Positions 33,724 to 43,172 of a DNA stretch of 44,690 nucleotides are shown in pieces (within the stretch, counting starts at the first letter, position 1; every line of letters starts with the position of its first letter). The notes below the pieces were generated by a model that did not search any database, was not told the origin of the DNA, and saw only the letters and a list, made by a program, of their open reading frames with translations. Origin of the DNA: Candidatus Aenigmatarchaeota archaeon (lineage in GTDB: Archaea > Aenigmatarchaeota > Aenigmatarchaeia > PWEA01); NCBI GenBank assembly GCA_046539285.1, contig JBKHHH010000001.1:1-44690 (forward strand), read 5' to 3'. Position numbers and translations under genes: made by a program.

Positions 33724-34104
33724 TCACTTCAGTGGTATGTGTTTTGAAGTTCTTGTTGCTCCCAGTCCTGGAGCGGAATGGCTTACCTGTTTTCTGGTTT
33801 CAGCGAACTCGCCGAGATAGTGTCCTATCATCTCGGGCTCGATTTCGACGTCCACGAAGTCCTTGCCGTTGTGGATGCCGATCCTCTTGCCGACGAGTTC
33901 GGGTAAAATTATCATATCTCTGGCGTGCGTCTTGATATAGTCTTCGCCTTCTCTCGCCTTTTCAAGTAGCTTTTTCTGTGGTTCGGTCAGACCCCTGTTC
34001 AGACTCCTTCTTTTCCGAGCGTCGAGTAGCTCTCCAAAGTCTTCTAGGCTCATCTTTTTTAGTTCGTCGAGTGTTTTACCTCGGAATTTGAATTCTTTTG
34101 CCAT
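33724..34104 (-). CDS. rps19: 30S ribosomal protein S19 (uS19)
   Basis: [31 protein letters not shown] is the uS19 signature. The ATG at 34104 lies 10 nt after GGAGGG; an alternative ATG is at 34113. Confidence 0.95.
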   Translation of the reverse strand: MAKEFKFRGKTLDELKKMSLEDFGELLDARKRRSLNRGLTEPQKKLLEKAREGEDYIKTHARDMIILPELVGKRIGIHNGKDFVDVEIEPEMIGHYLGEFAETRKQVSHSAPGLGATRTSKHIPLK

Positions 34105-34109
34105 GATTA

Positions 34110-34817
34110 TCATTCCCTCCTTTTACCTTTTTTCTTGCCGGTAGATTTTGCACCGAAAGAACCGACCTTCTGACCGGGTGGTGCCGTCGATTTGACCGTC
34201 TTCGGCTTGCCGGGGTCCCCGGAACCACCGAAGGGATGGTCGACCGGGTTCATTGATGTGGCGGAAGTCGTCGGGTACTGTTTGCCCTTGGCCTTCATTG
34301 CCCTGGCCTTGCTTCCGGCCTTTGTATATGGCTTTTCCTTTCTGCCCCCGCCGCCTACGACGCCGACGGTTGCCTTGCAACCAGGGTTTAGATCCTTGGT
34401 GCCGCCGGAAGGAAGTCGGATTACTGTTTTGTTTGTATCCTTTGTCTTGATCACTCCGTAGGTTCCCGAGCTGCGGACCAGCTTTCCTCCTTCACCCGGC
34501 TTCGTCTCAATATTATGGATAGGAACACCTTCTGGTATGTTCTCGAGTTTTAATTTGTTACCGGGCTTGATTTTTGCATCCTTGCCGTGGACTATCTTGT
34601 CGCCTGTCTGGACTCCTTCTGGTGCAATCATATATTTTTCTTTGCCGTTATCGAGCCTTATCTTGGCCAGCGGTGCCGTTCGAGCCGGATCGTTTACAAT
34701 GTCAACAATTTCACCTGTTGCATTTCTCTTCACCTCATCCTTCTCCTCAAATCTGTGTTTGGGAGAACGGAAGTTCTTGCTCTTTCCTTTTCTCTGTGAT
34801 CTGGTTCTTTTCGGCAT
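34110..34817 (-). CDS. rpl2: 50S ribosomal protein L2 (uL2)
   Basis: [22 protein letters not shown]...[12 protein letters not shown] is the uL2 signature. Confidence 0.95.
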   Translation of the reverse strand: MPKRTRSQRKGKSKNFRSPKHRFEEKDEVKRNATGEIVDIVNDPARTAPLAKIRLDNGKEKYMIAPEGVQTGDKIVHGKDAKIKPGNKLKLENIPEGVPIHNIETKPGEGGKLVRSSGTYGVIKTKDTNKTVIRLPSGGTKDLNPGCKATVGVVGGGGRKEKPYTKAGSKARAMKAKGKQYPTTSATSMNPVDHPFGGSGDPGKPKTVKSTAPPGQKVGSFGAKSTGKKKGKRRE

Positions 34818-34826
34818 CTATCCCAC

Positions 34827-35090
34827 CTATAGCATACCCAGTCTTGTCGCGATGTCGATCGCGTTATCGCCTTCGGATAGTTTGACAAAGGCCCTTTTCC
34901 TGCCTTTGCTGTCTATCAAGCTGTTGATCTTGACTACAGTTACATCAAATTCTTCCTCTACGGCCCACTTGATCTGATCCTTGTCCACATCTTCGTCGAC
35001 TACGAAAACTAGCTTGTTTTCGTCCTCGACCATACCGACCGACTTCTCGGTCAGATGTGGATATTTCAGTATCTCCATGGGCTGTTTCAT
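34827..35090 (-). CDS. rpl23: 50S ribosomal protein L23 (uL23)
   Basis: ILKYPHLTEKSVGMVEDENKLVFVVD...VVKINSL is the uL23 pattern. Confidence 0.9.
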   Translation of the reverse strand: MKQPMEILKYPHLTEKSVGMVEDENKLVFVVDEDVDKDQIKWAVEEEFDVTVVKINSLIDSKGRKRAFVKLSEGDNAIDIATRLGML

Positions 35091-35878
35091 ATCATCTCAC
35101 CTATTTTTTCCAGGGCCGATTCCGAATAAACGGTCAGTCGGGCTCCGTGGGCTCCGGGGGAAAGTAGTTCGGCGTTCAGCTCCTCGACTGTGGCCACATT
35201 CACTCCGGGTAGGTTATTCGCTGCCTTTTTGATGCCCTGATCCTTTTCGATTACAATTAATACCGACTTTCTTGTCTTGTACTTTCGGCCTCGCATAGTG
35301 CCCTTACCGGCTCTGACCTTTCGTGGTCGGGCCCGGTCTAGATCTTCGTCGAGTCCTATCTTTTCCAATACATCTTTCAGTTCGGCCGTCTTTTCCAGCG
35401 ATTGTATTTTATCTTCAACGACGAGCGGAAGCTCTCCTTCGTATTTATGATTTCTCTCCTTGACAGGTTCTTCTTTCGCCGTTGCGGAGATGGCGCTTCT
35501 TACGGCCTTCTGTTTTTCCTTCTTATTGATTTCCTTTTCGAAATCCTTGTCGGCCTTGGGTGGGTGTGCCTTCCTACCTCCTGTAGCCTGTGGAACCTTC
35601 CTGGCTCTCATCTGCCGGGCTGTATCGCCGTGTTCTCTCGGCATCCGGGACATCTCGTGTCGCATCATCTCGACGCCCGGTCTCAGGCCACGCAGTCCTT
35701 CATAATGGGCTGAGCTCTTGAGCCCGGCCCGTTGATCGGTCCCGTATTTCTGCCTTCGCTTGGACTGATGAGCCAAGACGGCCTTCTTGATTAGATCCGG
35801 TCGGTAGTATTCGTTAAACACGTCGGGTAGTTCTGTTTCATCCTTTTCCTTTCCCTTGATATCGAAAACCTTTGTCAT
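35087..35878 (-). CDS. rpl4: 50S ribosomal protein L4 (uL4)
   Basis: LIKKAVLAHQSKRRQKYGTD..., in the conserved L3-L4-L23 order. The ATG is at 35878; the track's GTG start at 35899 overlaps rpl3. Confidence 0.95.
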   Translation of the reverse strand: MTKVFDIKGKEKDETELPDVFNEYYRPDLIKKAVLAHQSKRRQKYGTDQRAGLKSSAHYEGLRGLRPGVEMMRHEMSRMPREHGDTARQMRARKVPQATGGRKAHPPKADKDFEKEINKKEKQKAVRSAISATAKEEPVKERNHKYEGELPLVVEDKIQSLEKTAELKDVLEKIGLDEDLDRARPRKVRAGKGTMRGRKYKTRKSVLIVIEKDQGIKKAANNLPGVNVATVEELNAELLSPGAHGARLTVYSESALEKIGEMI

Positions 35879-35888
35879 ATTTATCGTC

Positions 35889-36839
35889 CTACTGTCCACT
35901 TGTCTTTATTTCTTTAATTTCGATCGGTATTTTCTTACCGTCTTTAACAGATTTTCTGACCATAACCAGTCTCTTCTTCGGTCCCGGGACACTGCCCTTG
36001 ACCATCAAGTAGTTCTCCTTGACGAGACCGTAGTTGCTGAAGCCACCCGAGGGGTTGACTTCTTCTCCTTCACCGAACTTGAGGACCCTCTTCTTTTCGT
36101 CCGTCCTTCGATGGAACCCGTCCTGTCCAGGTTGCGGTACTGAGAAACGTACACGTCCATCGCCTCTTGCGCCGAGGCTGCCGACATGCCTTCTTTCTTC
36201 GTCCTTTCTGGTCTTGATCTTGGTTCCGTATCTCTTTGTGGTCCCCTGATAGCCCTTGCCTTTAGTGATAGCAACGGCGTCGGAGAACTCGCCTTCTTCG
36301 AAGACGTCTTCTACTGTTATATCCTCGCCGAGTTTCTCCTCGATATAATCTTTCTGTTCTTCAAAACTTCCGCCCAGAGGCAGTTCGAATACTTCCGGTT
36401 CTTTCTTGCCCACTCCGCTGCGCTTCGGCTGTGTAGATACAATTAATCTTACAAGGTCAGCCTCTTCTTCCAGATTGTCCTTTCCGGCGAAGCTGACTTT
36501 CTCCCGGATATCCTTCGGGATTTTTTCTTCCGGGGCCCCGACCTCTTCCACAAGCTCTAAACCGTCCTCGGTCTTGCGGTAAGAACGGGCGCCGATGATA
36601 AAGAGAGGAGGAGTGTCAATTATTGTTACAGGAACAGAAATGAACTGGTTTTTTGTCGGAGAATTTTGTCGTGTGTCTTTCATCATTACCTGGGTCATAC
36701 CGGCCTTATAGCCGGCGAAAAGAACAGGTTTGCACTCGCCTGTTTCTGGGTAAGTGGTGACCGAAGGATAGGTGCGACTAACCCGTTTCCGGGGCCATGA
36801 TCCTAGCGATCCGCTTCGTGGTTTGTGGAATTCAGGCAT
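35889..36839 (-). CDS. rpl3: 50S ribosomal protein L3 (uL3)
   Basis: HKPRSGSLGSWPRKR...FAGYKAGMT...ITKGKGYQGTTKRYG is the uL3 signature. Confidence 0.95.
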   Translation of the reverse strand: MPEFHKPRSGSLGSWPRKRVSRTYPSVTTYPETGECKPVLFAGYKAGMTQVMMKDTRQNSPTKNQFISVPVTIIDTPPLFIIGARSYRKTEDGLELVEEVGAPEEKIPKDIREKVSFAGKDNLEEEADLVRLIVSTQPKRSGVGKKEPEVFELPLGGSFEEQKDYIEEKLGEDITVEDVFEEGEFSDAVAITKGKGYQGTTKRYGTKIKTRKDEERRHVGSLGARGDGRVRFSVPQPGQDGFHRRTDEKKRVLKFGEGEEVNPSGGFSNYGLVKENYLMVKGSVPGPKKRLVMVRKSVKDGKKIPIEIKEIKTSGQ

Positions 36840-36860
36840 ACCAATTCACTTTACTCGCAA

Positions 36861-36876
36861 CTTTTAAATATTTTTC
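36861..36876 (-). promoter_or_regulatory. TATA-box candidate for the L3...SecY operon (near-leaderless)
   Basis: Minus strand GAAAAATATTTAAAAG is centred about 29 nt upstream of the rpl3 ATG. Confidence 0.35.
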
Positions 36877-37081
36877 AACTCTCCGCTGACTATCTTACAA
36901 GAGGAACGTTTAAAAACATTTCCTCTTATCCTGGGAATTTTATTTGACGGAGCTTTATAAATCTAATCGGGACAAAGCAGCAGATGTACTCGGGTATTTA
37001 CAACGGACTACCGTCCGAGGAACGCGCGAAACTTTAACTTAATATCATCCTGAAAGGTATTTAAAAGTAACGTTCAAGAGA

Positions 37082-37219
37082 TGGCGCTGGGGGAGGGATT
37101 TGAACCCCCGCGTGCTTCGCCGCTGGACGTGGTCGGAGACCACGTCTTTCTATGACGCACACCAGCTATTTGGTCAAGTCTCCAAGCTGGCGCGTTGGAC
37201 CAGACTTCGCTACCCCAGC
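37082..37219 (-). tRNA. tRNA-Ser(GGA) with two introns (12 nt in the anticodon loop, about 37168-37179; about 36 nt in the variable arm, about 37120-37155), CCA encoded
   Basis: Minus strand reads GCTGGGG-TA-GCG-AAGTCTGGTCCAA-CGC-G-CCAGC-TTGGAG[12]A-GCTGG-TGTGCG[36]CGAAGCACGC-GGGGG-TTCAAAT-CCCTC-CCCCAGC-G-CCA. Confidence 0.85.
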
Positions 37220-37266
37220 ATCTAAAGATGAATAAGCTTCTAAGTTTTTAAGTATTCAGAATGAGT

Positions 37267-37590
37267 TCAGTCTTCTAGCTCAATTTCGATGTTGACTTCT
37301 TCCGGTATGTCGATGCCCATAATTCTGCGCAGGGCCCGTTTGTTGGCTTCCATTTCGATAAGTCTTTTGTGTATCCTCATCTCGTAGTGTTCCCAGGTCG
37401 CGTTGCCGTGACCAGTTCCCTGGCCGGACGGCGTCTTCATGACAGGAACCTTGAGCTTCTTGGTTGGCAGGGGAATCGGTCCGGAGAGGGCTACACCGTA
37501 CTTCTCGGCTATATCTTTGACTCTATCACAGATGCCCTCAAGAGCTTCGTGTTTCTTTCCTGTCAGTTTTATCTTGGCTTTGCCTGCCAT
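37267..37590 (-). CDS. rps10: 30S ribosomal protein S10 (uS10)
   Basis: KIKLTGKKHEALEGICDRV...GPIPLPTKKLKVPVMKTP...YEMRIHKRLIE is the uS10 signature. Confidence 0.95.
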   Translation of the reverse strand: MAGKAKIKLTGKKHEALEGICDRVKDIAEKYGVALSGPIPLPTKKLKVPVMKTPSGQGTGHGNATWEHYEMRIHKRLIEMEANKRALRRIMGIDIPEEVNIEIELED

Positions 37591-37689
37591 ATTCTCACCG
37601 TTCTTTGTAAATGGTTTCCTAAGAATTTAAATAGTTTTTGGTCCTGAGAAATTGAGAATAAATTAAAAAAGAAAATGAGAGAGTTGGGC

Positions 37690-38958
37690 TCAGGCCTCTT
37701 CTGTTACTTCGATGCAGATACCTGCAGCCACAGTTTTGCCCATGTCCCTGATCGCGAACCTACTCAGTTCGGGGAAGTCCTTGTTGCTCTCAACTGCCAT
37801 CGGTTTGGTTGGCTTGATCTTGACGATTGCCGAGTCTCCTGTCTTCAGATAGTCAGGATTCTCTTCAAGCGTCTCACCGGACTTTGAATCGATCTTCTTC
37901 TCAAGTTCTACGAACTTGGAAGCAGTCTGCGCTGTGTTGCAGTGGAAGACCGGTGTGTAGCCTTTGGCGATGACGTTCGGATGCTTCAAGACGATAATCT
38001 GAGCTCTGAACTCCTTGGCAACGGTGACAGGATTGTCCGGGTGACATGCGACGTCTCCCTTTCTGATGTCGTCCTTGCCAATACCTCTGACGTTGAATCC
38101 GATGTTGTCACCGGCTTCGGCTTCGTCGATCTCTTCGTGATGCATCTCGATGGATTTGACTTCACCGTCTGCGTCAGATGGTAGGAATTTGATAGCATCG
38201 CCTTTCTTGATCCGACCTGTTTCCACTCTTCCTACCGGAACTGTACCTACACCCGTAATGGAATAGGCGTCCTGGATAGGAACTCTGAGCGGTTTGTCAA
38301 CAGGTTTTGTCGGAGCTTCTAGATCGTCAAGAGCTTCGTAGATGCTGATACCATCATACCAGTCCGTGTTACCCTGCGGTTCCTTGATGTTGTCACCGTA
38401 GTAAGCGGATGTCGGTATGAATGGAATCTCATCGGGTTTGAAACCGATGCTCTTGAGGACCTTGGTGACTTCTTTCTTCACGTCGTTGAACTTGTCTTCT
38501 GAGTAGTCGATTGTGTCCATCTTGTTGATGGCAACGATTACCTCGTCGACACCAAGTACCTTTGCCAAGTATGTGTGCTCTTTGGTTTGAGCCTGAACAC
38601 CGTCCTTGGCTGAAACTACCAGTAGGGCAGCGTCAGCCTGAGATGCTCCGGTTATCATGTTCTTGACAAAGTCTCGATGGCCTGGTGCGTCGATCACTGT
38701 GAAATAGTAGTTGTCTGTGTCGAAACGTTTGTGAGCAATGTCGATTGTCACACCACGTTCCCTTTCTTCCTTCAGGTTGTCCATAGCGAAAGCAAACTCG
38801 AAAGTCTCCTTTCCAGCTTCCTTTGCTGCGTCCTTCAGTTTCCTGTACTCTGTGTCGGGTAGATTGTCTGTGTCGTAAAGAAGTCTACCGATCAGCGTTG
38901 ACTTCCCATGGTCTACATGTCCTAATGTGACCAGGTTCATGTGTGGTTTGTCTGCCAT
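37690..38958 (-). CDS. tuf: Elongation factor 1-alpha (aEF-1alpha)
   Basis: 422 aa with G motifs [14 protein letters not shown] and NKMD. GGAGGTG lies upstream of the ATG. Confidence 0.97.
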   Translation of the reverse strand: MADKPHMNLVTLGHVDHGKSTLIGRLLYDTDNLPDTEYRKLKDAAKEAGKETFEFAFAMDNLKEERERGVTIDIAHKRFDTDNYYFTVIDAPGHRDFVKNMITGASQADAALLVVSAKDGVQAQTKEHTYLAKVLGVDEVIVAINKMDTIDYSEDKFNDVKKEVTKVLKSIGFKPDEIPFIPTSAYYGDNIKEPQGNTDWYDGISIYEALDDLEAPTKPVDKPLRVPIQDAYSITGVGTVPVGRVETGRIKKGDAIKFLPSDADGEVKSIEMHHEEIDEAEAGDNIGFNVRGIGKDDIRKGDVACHPDNPVTVAKEFRAQIIVLKHPNVIAKGYTPVFHCNTAQTASKFVELEKKIDSKSGETLEENPDYLKTGDSAIVKIKPTKPMAVESNKDFPELSRFAIRDMGKTVAAGICIEVTEEA

Positions 38959-39031
38959 TCATCACACCTCCATTTGTGTTAAATTATGGAAAATTTGTAA
39001 AACTATTTTCCAGTGTAGTTAAATTGGTTAT

Positions 39032-39058
39032 CCTTTATAAAGAATAGCTATATTTATA
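39032..39058 (-). promoter_or_regulatory. Tandem TATA-like elements upstream of tuf
   Basis: On the minus strand, TTTATAAATATAG and CTTTATAAAGG lie 75-100 nt upstream of the tuf ATG. Confidence 0.3.
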
Positions 39059-39096
39059 AATCTTTGTCGTAGAGCCGGGAACTACTTGATCTGCCG

Positions 39097-39510
39097 TTAA
39101 TCCAGTTCCTCTAAGATCTTCTGCATCTCTCCTTCGTCGACGTTTCTGAGCCTTATCTTGGCCTCTCCAGCGTCCAGAGGGACATGTTCTCCATTTTCTC
39201 TGTATCTTATTCCCATTGCCTCGGCCATAGCCTTTCCCTTGTCCTTGGTTATGTTTACATTGATCCTGTGTTCCTTTCCGCGCTTCGATATTTTGCTCTT
39301 TCCAATTCGATAACTGTCCGGTATGATTCTTTCTAGACTTTTCTGTATCTCTGTTCCGGGCATTTCGTGTGTCTGGAAGTTTCCTATGTTCTCATCCCCA
39401 TCGTAGTCAATTAGCCCGTTTTCAGCGGGTTCCCCGATATCGTAAAGGACTTCTTTGTCTAATTCTCCCTCGTAAACGTCTTTTTGAAATAGAGCGTCCA
39501 ATAAACTCAT
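39097..39510 (-). CDS. Acidic hypothetical protein inserted between EF-2 and EF-1alpha genes
   Basis: The ATG at 39510 is preceded by AGGTGG at ideal spacing. 137 aa, no recognisable family. Confidence 0.5.
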   Translation of the reverse strand: MSLLDALFQKDVYEGELDKEVLYDIGEPAENGLIDYDGDENIGNFQTHEMPGTEIQKSLERIIPDSYRIGKSKISKRGKEHRINVNITKDKGKAMAEAMGIRYRENGEHVPLDAGEAKIRLRNVDEGEMQKILEELD

Positions 39511-39855
39511 CAAACCACCTATTATTATTTAATTGTCCGCGGTTTATAAAAGTCAACCTCGAAACATGCTTTGTTTGTCCCGGGAAGATACGATGAACCT
39601 TTTTATGGAAAAGAAGTTAATTCTGAGACTTATTATTCAAGGGGAAAGATAGAGAAGATAGTTATCTTGATTTATCAGCCTATAAAATCGGTTAGAGATT
39701 TTCTGTCTTTTTATCAAGCTTAATTCCAACCAATAATCGATAAGGTAATTTTATGAGAGTTTAACTGGATTTAAGGGCTTTATTTTTGTTATCGACGGAT
39801 AAAATTTTAGATAGTCACTGCTAACCTGTTTAGAATGTTTTGAAAGGAAAATATC

Positions 39856-42042
39856 TCAGAACTCTGGGCTCGGAATCTCGTCCTTGAGACCCTTCCTCTG
39901 TCGGATCTGCATCACGGTTTCTTCTCTCAAGTTCTGGGGAAGCTCTTCGAAGATGACGTCCTTCAGATAGTAGAATCCTTTACCGGCCGTGGCTGATTTC
40001 AGTTCTCCTTCAAAGCCAAACATTTCTGCAACTGGTAGTTTTGAGATCAGAATTGTTGCTCCCTGTTCCGACTTGACGTCGATCACTTCACCTCTCCGGT
40101 TCTGGACCTCGCTCATGGCTCCGCCCATGTGTTCCTCGGGCGTCTGAATTCTCAGTAACTGTTTCGGCTCGAGCAAAGTAGCTCCGGAAGACAGGATCGC
40201 GTTCTTGAGTGCGGCGCGAACGGCAGGGTTGACCTGTGCCGGTCCACGGTGAATGGCGTCTTCGTGAAGCTTTGCATCGACCAGTCTAATCAGCACCTTG
40301 GAACATGGTTCGCGGCAGAGCGGTCCTTCGTCGATTATACTCTCGACTGCCTCACGGACCAAGTCTATCGTATCGTTTAGATACTGGATACCACGTGTCG
40401 CATCTGTAAAGACACTCTTCTCTTTGATCAGCTCGACACCTTCCGCGTCATCGTCTTCCATGCCCAGATCCTTTAGTTTGTTGGACAGGTCCGAGTTCTT
40501 GCCCTTGTATTCATCTTCCTTTATCTTGTCGTCCACAATCGCTTGGTATACTTCGTCGGGCAGAGACTCGACCTCAAAGTAGAACTTGTTATGTTTATTC
40601 GGGCTTTTGCCCTCTATTTCACCACTTTTCTGAGTTACGGTTTCCCTGTAAACTACAATGGGTGGCGAGGTTTCAATATCAATATCCTTCTCCTTGAGAC
40701 CCTGTTCGACCTTGGCCTGGATATGCAGTTCTCCCAGGCCCGAGACCAGCTGTTCTCCTGTCTCTTCGTCGATCTCCACCTTCAGTGTCGGGTCCTCCCG
40801 GCTCTTGGCCCGTAGGAACTCGATAACCTTTGGTAGGTCTTTGGTGTTCTTGGCTTCGATGGCCTTGGTTACGACCGGTTCAAATACATGCTTTATTTCC
40901 TCGAAGGGCTGCATCTTGTGGTTTTTGTCGCAGATCGTCTCGCCGGAGAAAGCGTCGGGAACTCCAACAAGGCCGATAATGTTACCGGCTCTGACCTCGT
41001 CCATCGGAACCCTTTCCTGGCCTTTGTAAACGCAGACCTGCTGGATTCTCTCGTCTCTGTGCTGCCCTACCAGGTGAACTTCCTGCCCTTCTTTCAGATT
41101 GCCGGAAAAGATTCTACCGGTAGCGACGGATCCTGCATGGGGATCGTCGTAGACCTTGGTTGTGATCGCGGCCAGCTTGCCGTTGCTGTTACAAGATTTC
41201 ATATCCTCTCCGACTTCCGAATCAGTATCTCCGGGCCAGATCTTTGGAATTCTATAATCCTGGGCTGTGACTGGATCGGGTAGATGTCTAATTATAGCGT
41301 TAAGTACAATCTTATGTAGCGGAGCCTTCTTCCAGAGTTCCTTGTCCTTTCCTTCCTTACATAGACTGTTTATGTCCTTGAAGTTGATGCCGGTTTCCTT
41401 CATGTAAGGTACGGATATCGCCCAGTTCTTGAGGGCTGAACCGAACATCACTTCGCCGTCGTCGACTGATACGGTCCATTTTTTGTAGTCGTCTTCGGCG
41501 TATTTCTTGATCAACTGGTTGACCTCGGCGATGATCTTCATGAACTTTTCCTGCATCTCCTCCGGTCCCAGCTCCAGTTCGTTGATCAGTCTATCGACTT
41601 TGTTGATAAAGAGAACCGGTTTGACCCTTTCCTTGAGAGCCTGTTGCAGAACCGTCTCGGTCTGCGGCATCACACCCTCGACTGCACAGGCCAGAACTAT
41701 AACACCGTCTACAGCCCGCATTGCACGGGTCACGTCGCCACCGAAGTCGACATGGCCTGGCGTATCGATAAGGTTTATCAGGTAGTCGTCTCCGTTGAAT
41801 TCATGAACCATGGAGACGTTAGCCGAGTAGATCGTAATACCTCTCTCCTGTTCCTGGTCGTCGTAATCCATGAAGAGCTGTTCACCGGCCAGTTCGTCGG
41901 AAATCATACCGGCTCCGGCCAGCAGGTTGTCAGAAAGTGTCGTCTTGCCGTGATCGATATGGGCGACTGTGCCGATATTCCGGATCCTATCCTGGGTTTC
42001 CATCAAATTTTTTACTCTTTCGTTCAATCTCTCTTTTGCCAT
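39856..42042 (-). CDS. fusA: Elongation factor 2 (aEF-2)
   Basis: 728 aa with AHIDHGKTT, DTPGH and NKVD G motifs, and the diphthamide-site motif HEDAIHRGPAQ. Confidence 0.97.
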   Translation of the reverse strand: MAKERLNERVKNLMETQDRIRNIGTVAHIDHGKTTLSDNLLAGAGMISDELAGEQLFMDYDDQEQERGITIYSANVSMVHEFNGDDYLINLIDTPGHVDFGGDVTRAMRAVDGVIVLACAVEGVMPQTETVLQQALKERVKPVLFINKVDRLINELELGPEEMQEKFMKIIAEVNQLIKKYAEDDYKKWTVSVDDGEVMFGSALKNWAISVPYMKETGINFKDINSLCKEGKDKELWKKAPLHKIVLNAIIRHLPDPVTAQDYRIPKIWPGDTDSEVGEDMKSCNSNGKLAAITTKVYDDPHAGSVATGRIFSGNLKEGQEVHLVGQHRDERIQQVCVYKGQERVPMDEVRAGNIIGLVGVPDAFSGETICDKNHKMQPFEEIKHVFEPVVTKAIEAKNTKDLPKVIEFLRAKSREDPTLKVEIDEETGEQLVSGLGELHIQAKVEQGLKEKDIDIETSPPIVVYRETVTQKSGEIEGKSPNKHNKFYFEVESLPDEVYQAIVDDKIKEDEYKGKNSDLSNKLKDLGMEDDDAEGVELIKEKSVFTDATRGIQYLNDTIDLVREAVESIIDEGPLCREPCSKVLIRLVDAKLHEDAIHRGPAQVNPAVRAALKNAILSSGATLLEPKQLLRIQTPEEHMGGAMSEVQNRRGEVIDVKSEQGATILISKLPVAEMFGFEGELKSATAGKGFYYLKDVIFEELPQNLREETVMQIRQRKGLKDEIPSPEF

Positions 42043-42104
42043 GTCGTTCTCCTCAGCTGTAAATAACTTGCAGCTATCGTTTAAAAATGTTTTCAGTTAG
42101 AAGC

Positions 42105-42698
42105 CTATCTTGCTCCGGCCGCTTCCCTTTCGAGTCTTTCCTTTTCCCGGATCGCGTAGGAATCTCTTTTCTCGTTGTAAGCGTTTAGAATCTCTGCAGC
42201 CAGACATTCGGCCATGCTCTTTTCCGAACCGACCGACGAGGAGTAGGCGCCCTGAGAAATATGTCTTAGCGTCAGGTCAACTCTCCTCTGTGGTGAAGTG
42301 ATGACCGCCTTACGTCGGATAATCGATCCGACCTGGTAGGAAGAAACTTCTTCCCTGAGAGCGGCGTTTTCTATCGCCCGGACCAGTACTTCGGCCGGGT
42401 TTTCGTCTGTCCTGTTTTCGATTATCTTTAAAGTTTCTTTCATTATCTTCCAGGCGCTCGACGAGTCTCCACCACACATACCGGAAGAGACTTTGTGTTT
42501 CTTGCCGCGGTGACCGGCTCCGAAGAGCTGGTTCATCAGCCTTTCGACTATGTTTACGTTGCTCTTCTCAAAGCGGTCCGAGGCATGCCTTCCGTGTGAT
42601 TTTCTCGGCACGAGAACAGGTTCGGTATTAATATAGTTTTTCAGTCCCCGGTCCCTGACTTCCACATCTTCCATGTCCCATTTGTCAAATAATTTCAT
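42105..42698 (-). CDS. rps7: 30S ribosomal protein S7 (uS7)
   Basis: MKLFDKWDMEDVEVRDRGLKNYI...NPAEVLVRAIENAALREE is the uS7 signature. The ATG is at 42698. Confidence 0.95.
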   Translation of the reverse strand: MKLFDKWDMEDVEVRDRGLKNYINTEPVLVPRKSHGRHASDRFEKSNVNIVERLMNQLFGAGHRGKKHKVSSGMCGGDSSSAWKIMKETLKIIENRTDENPAEVLVRAIENAALREEVSSYQVGSIIRRKAVITSPQRRVDLTLRHISQGAYSSSVGSEKSMAECLAAEILNAYNEKRDSYAIREKERLEREAAGAR

Positions 42699-42703
42699 CT
42701 TTG

Positions 42704-43129
42704 TCACCTTGTTGGTTTCTGTTTCCTGCCGGCGACCAGTTCCTTGAGGGAAACTCCGTTGACCTTGGTTACTTTATATCTTACACCCGGGATATCGCCT
42801 TTAGCTCCACCGCCTGATCCGCCGAGACCTGCGATCAGAACTTCATCGTGCTCGTCAATATGCTGAATTGCACCGTCACCGGGCACGAATGCTGTCACGC
42901 GCTCGCCGTTCTTGAGCAGCTGAACACGCACGCATTTCCGCAGCGCGGAATTGGGCTGCATCGCTTCAACGACACGTTTCTCTAGGACAATTCCTTTGCC
43001 CTGTGGAGCTCCTTCCAGTGGATCTTTCTTCTTCTTGAACTGAGTCATTCTGTTCCGGTAATCCTTCTCCTTCCACCGAGCCTTCTTTCTATCTTTCTTC
43101 AGTTTCCGTGCCGCAAACATTCCGGGCAT
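42704..43129 (-). CDS. rps12: 30S ribosomal protein S12 (uS12)
   Basis: [28 protein letters not shown]...GVRYKV is the uS12 signature. Confidence 0.95.
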   Translation of the reverse strand: MPGMFAARKLKKDRKKARWKEKDYRNRMTQFKKKKDPLEGAPQGKGIVLEKRVVEAMQPNSALRKCVRVQLLKNGERVTAFVPGDGAIQHIDEHDEVLIAGLGGSGGGAKGDIPGVRYKVTKVNGVSLKELVAGRKQKPTR

Positions 43130-43172
43130 ATAATTTCACCTTCAATGATTTCAGATTTGAGCTTTTTAAAAC

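Noticed and set aside
36900-36926. Hairpin AGAGGAA-(13 nt)-TTCCTCT in the tRNA-Ser(GGA)-rpl3 spacer, as a possible terminator or riboswitch.
   Set aside because: It is a single short stem with an A/T loop, and no flanking oligo-T or conserved motif is present. There is not enough evidence to assign a function.
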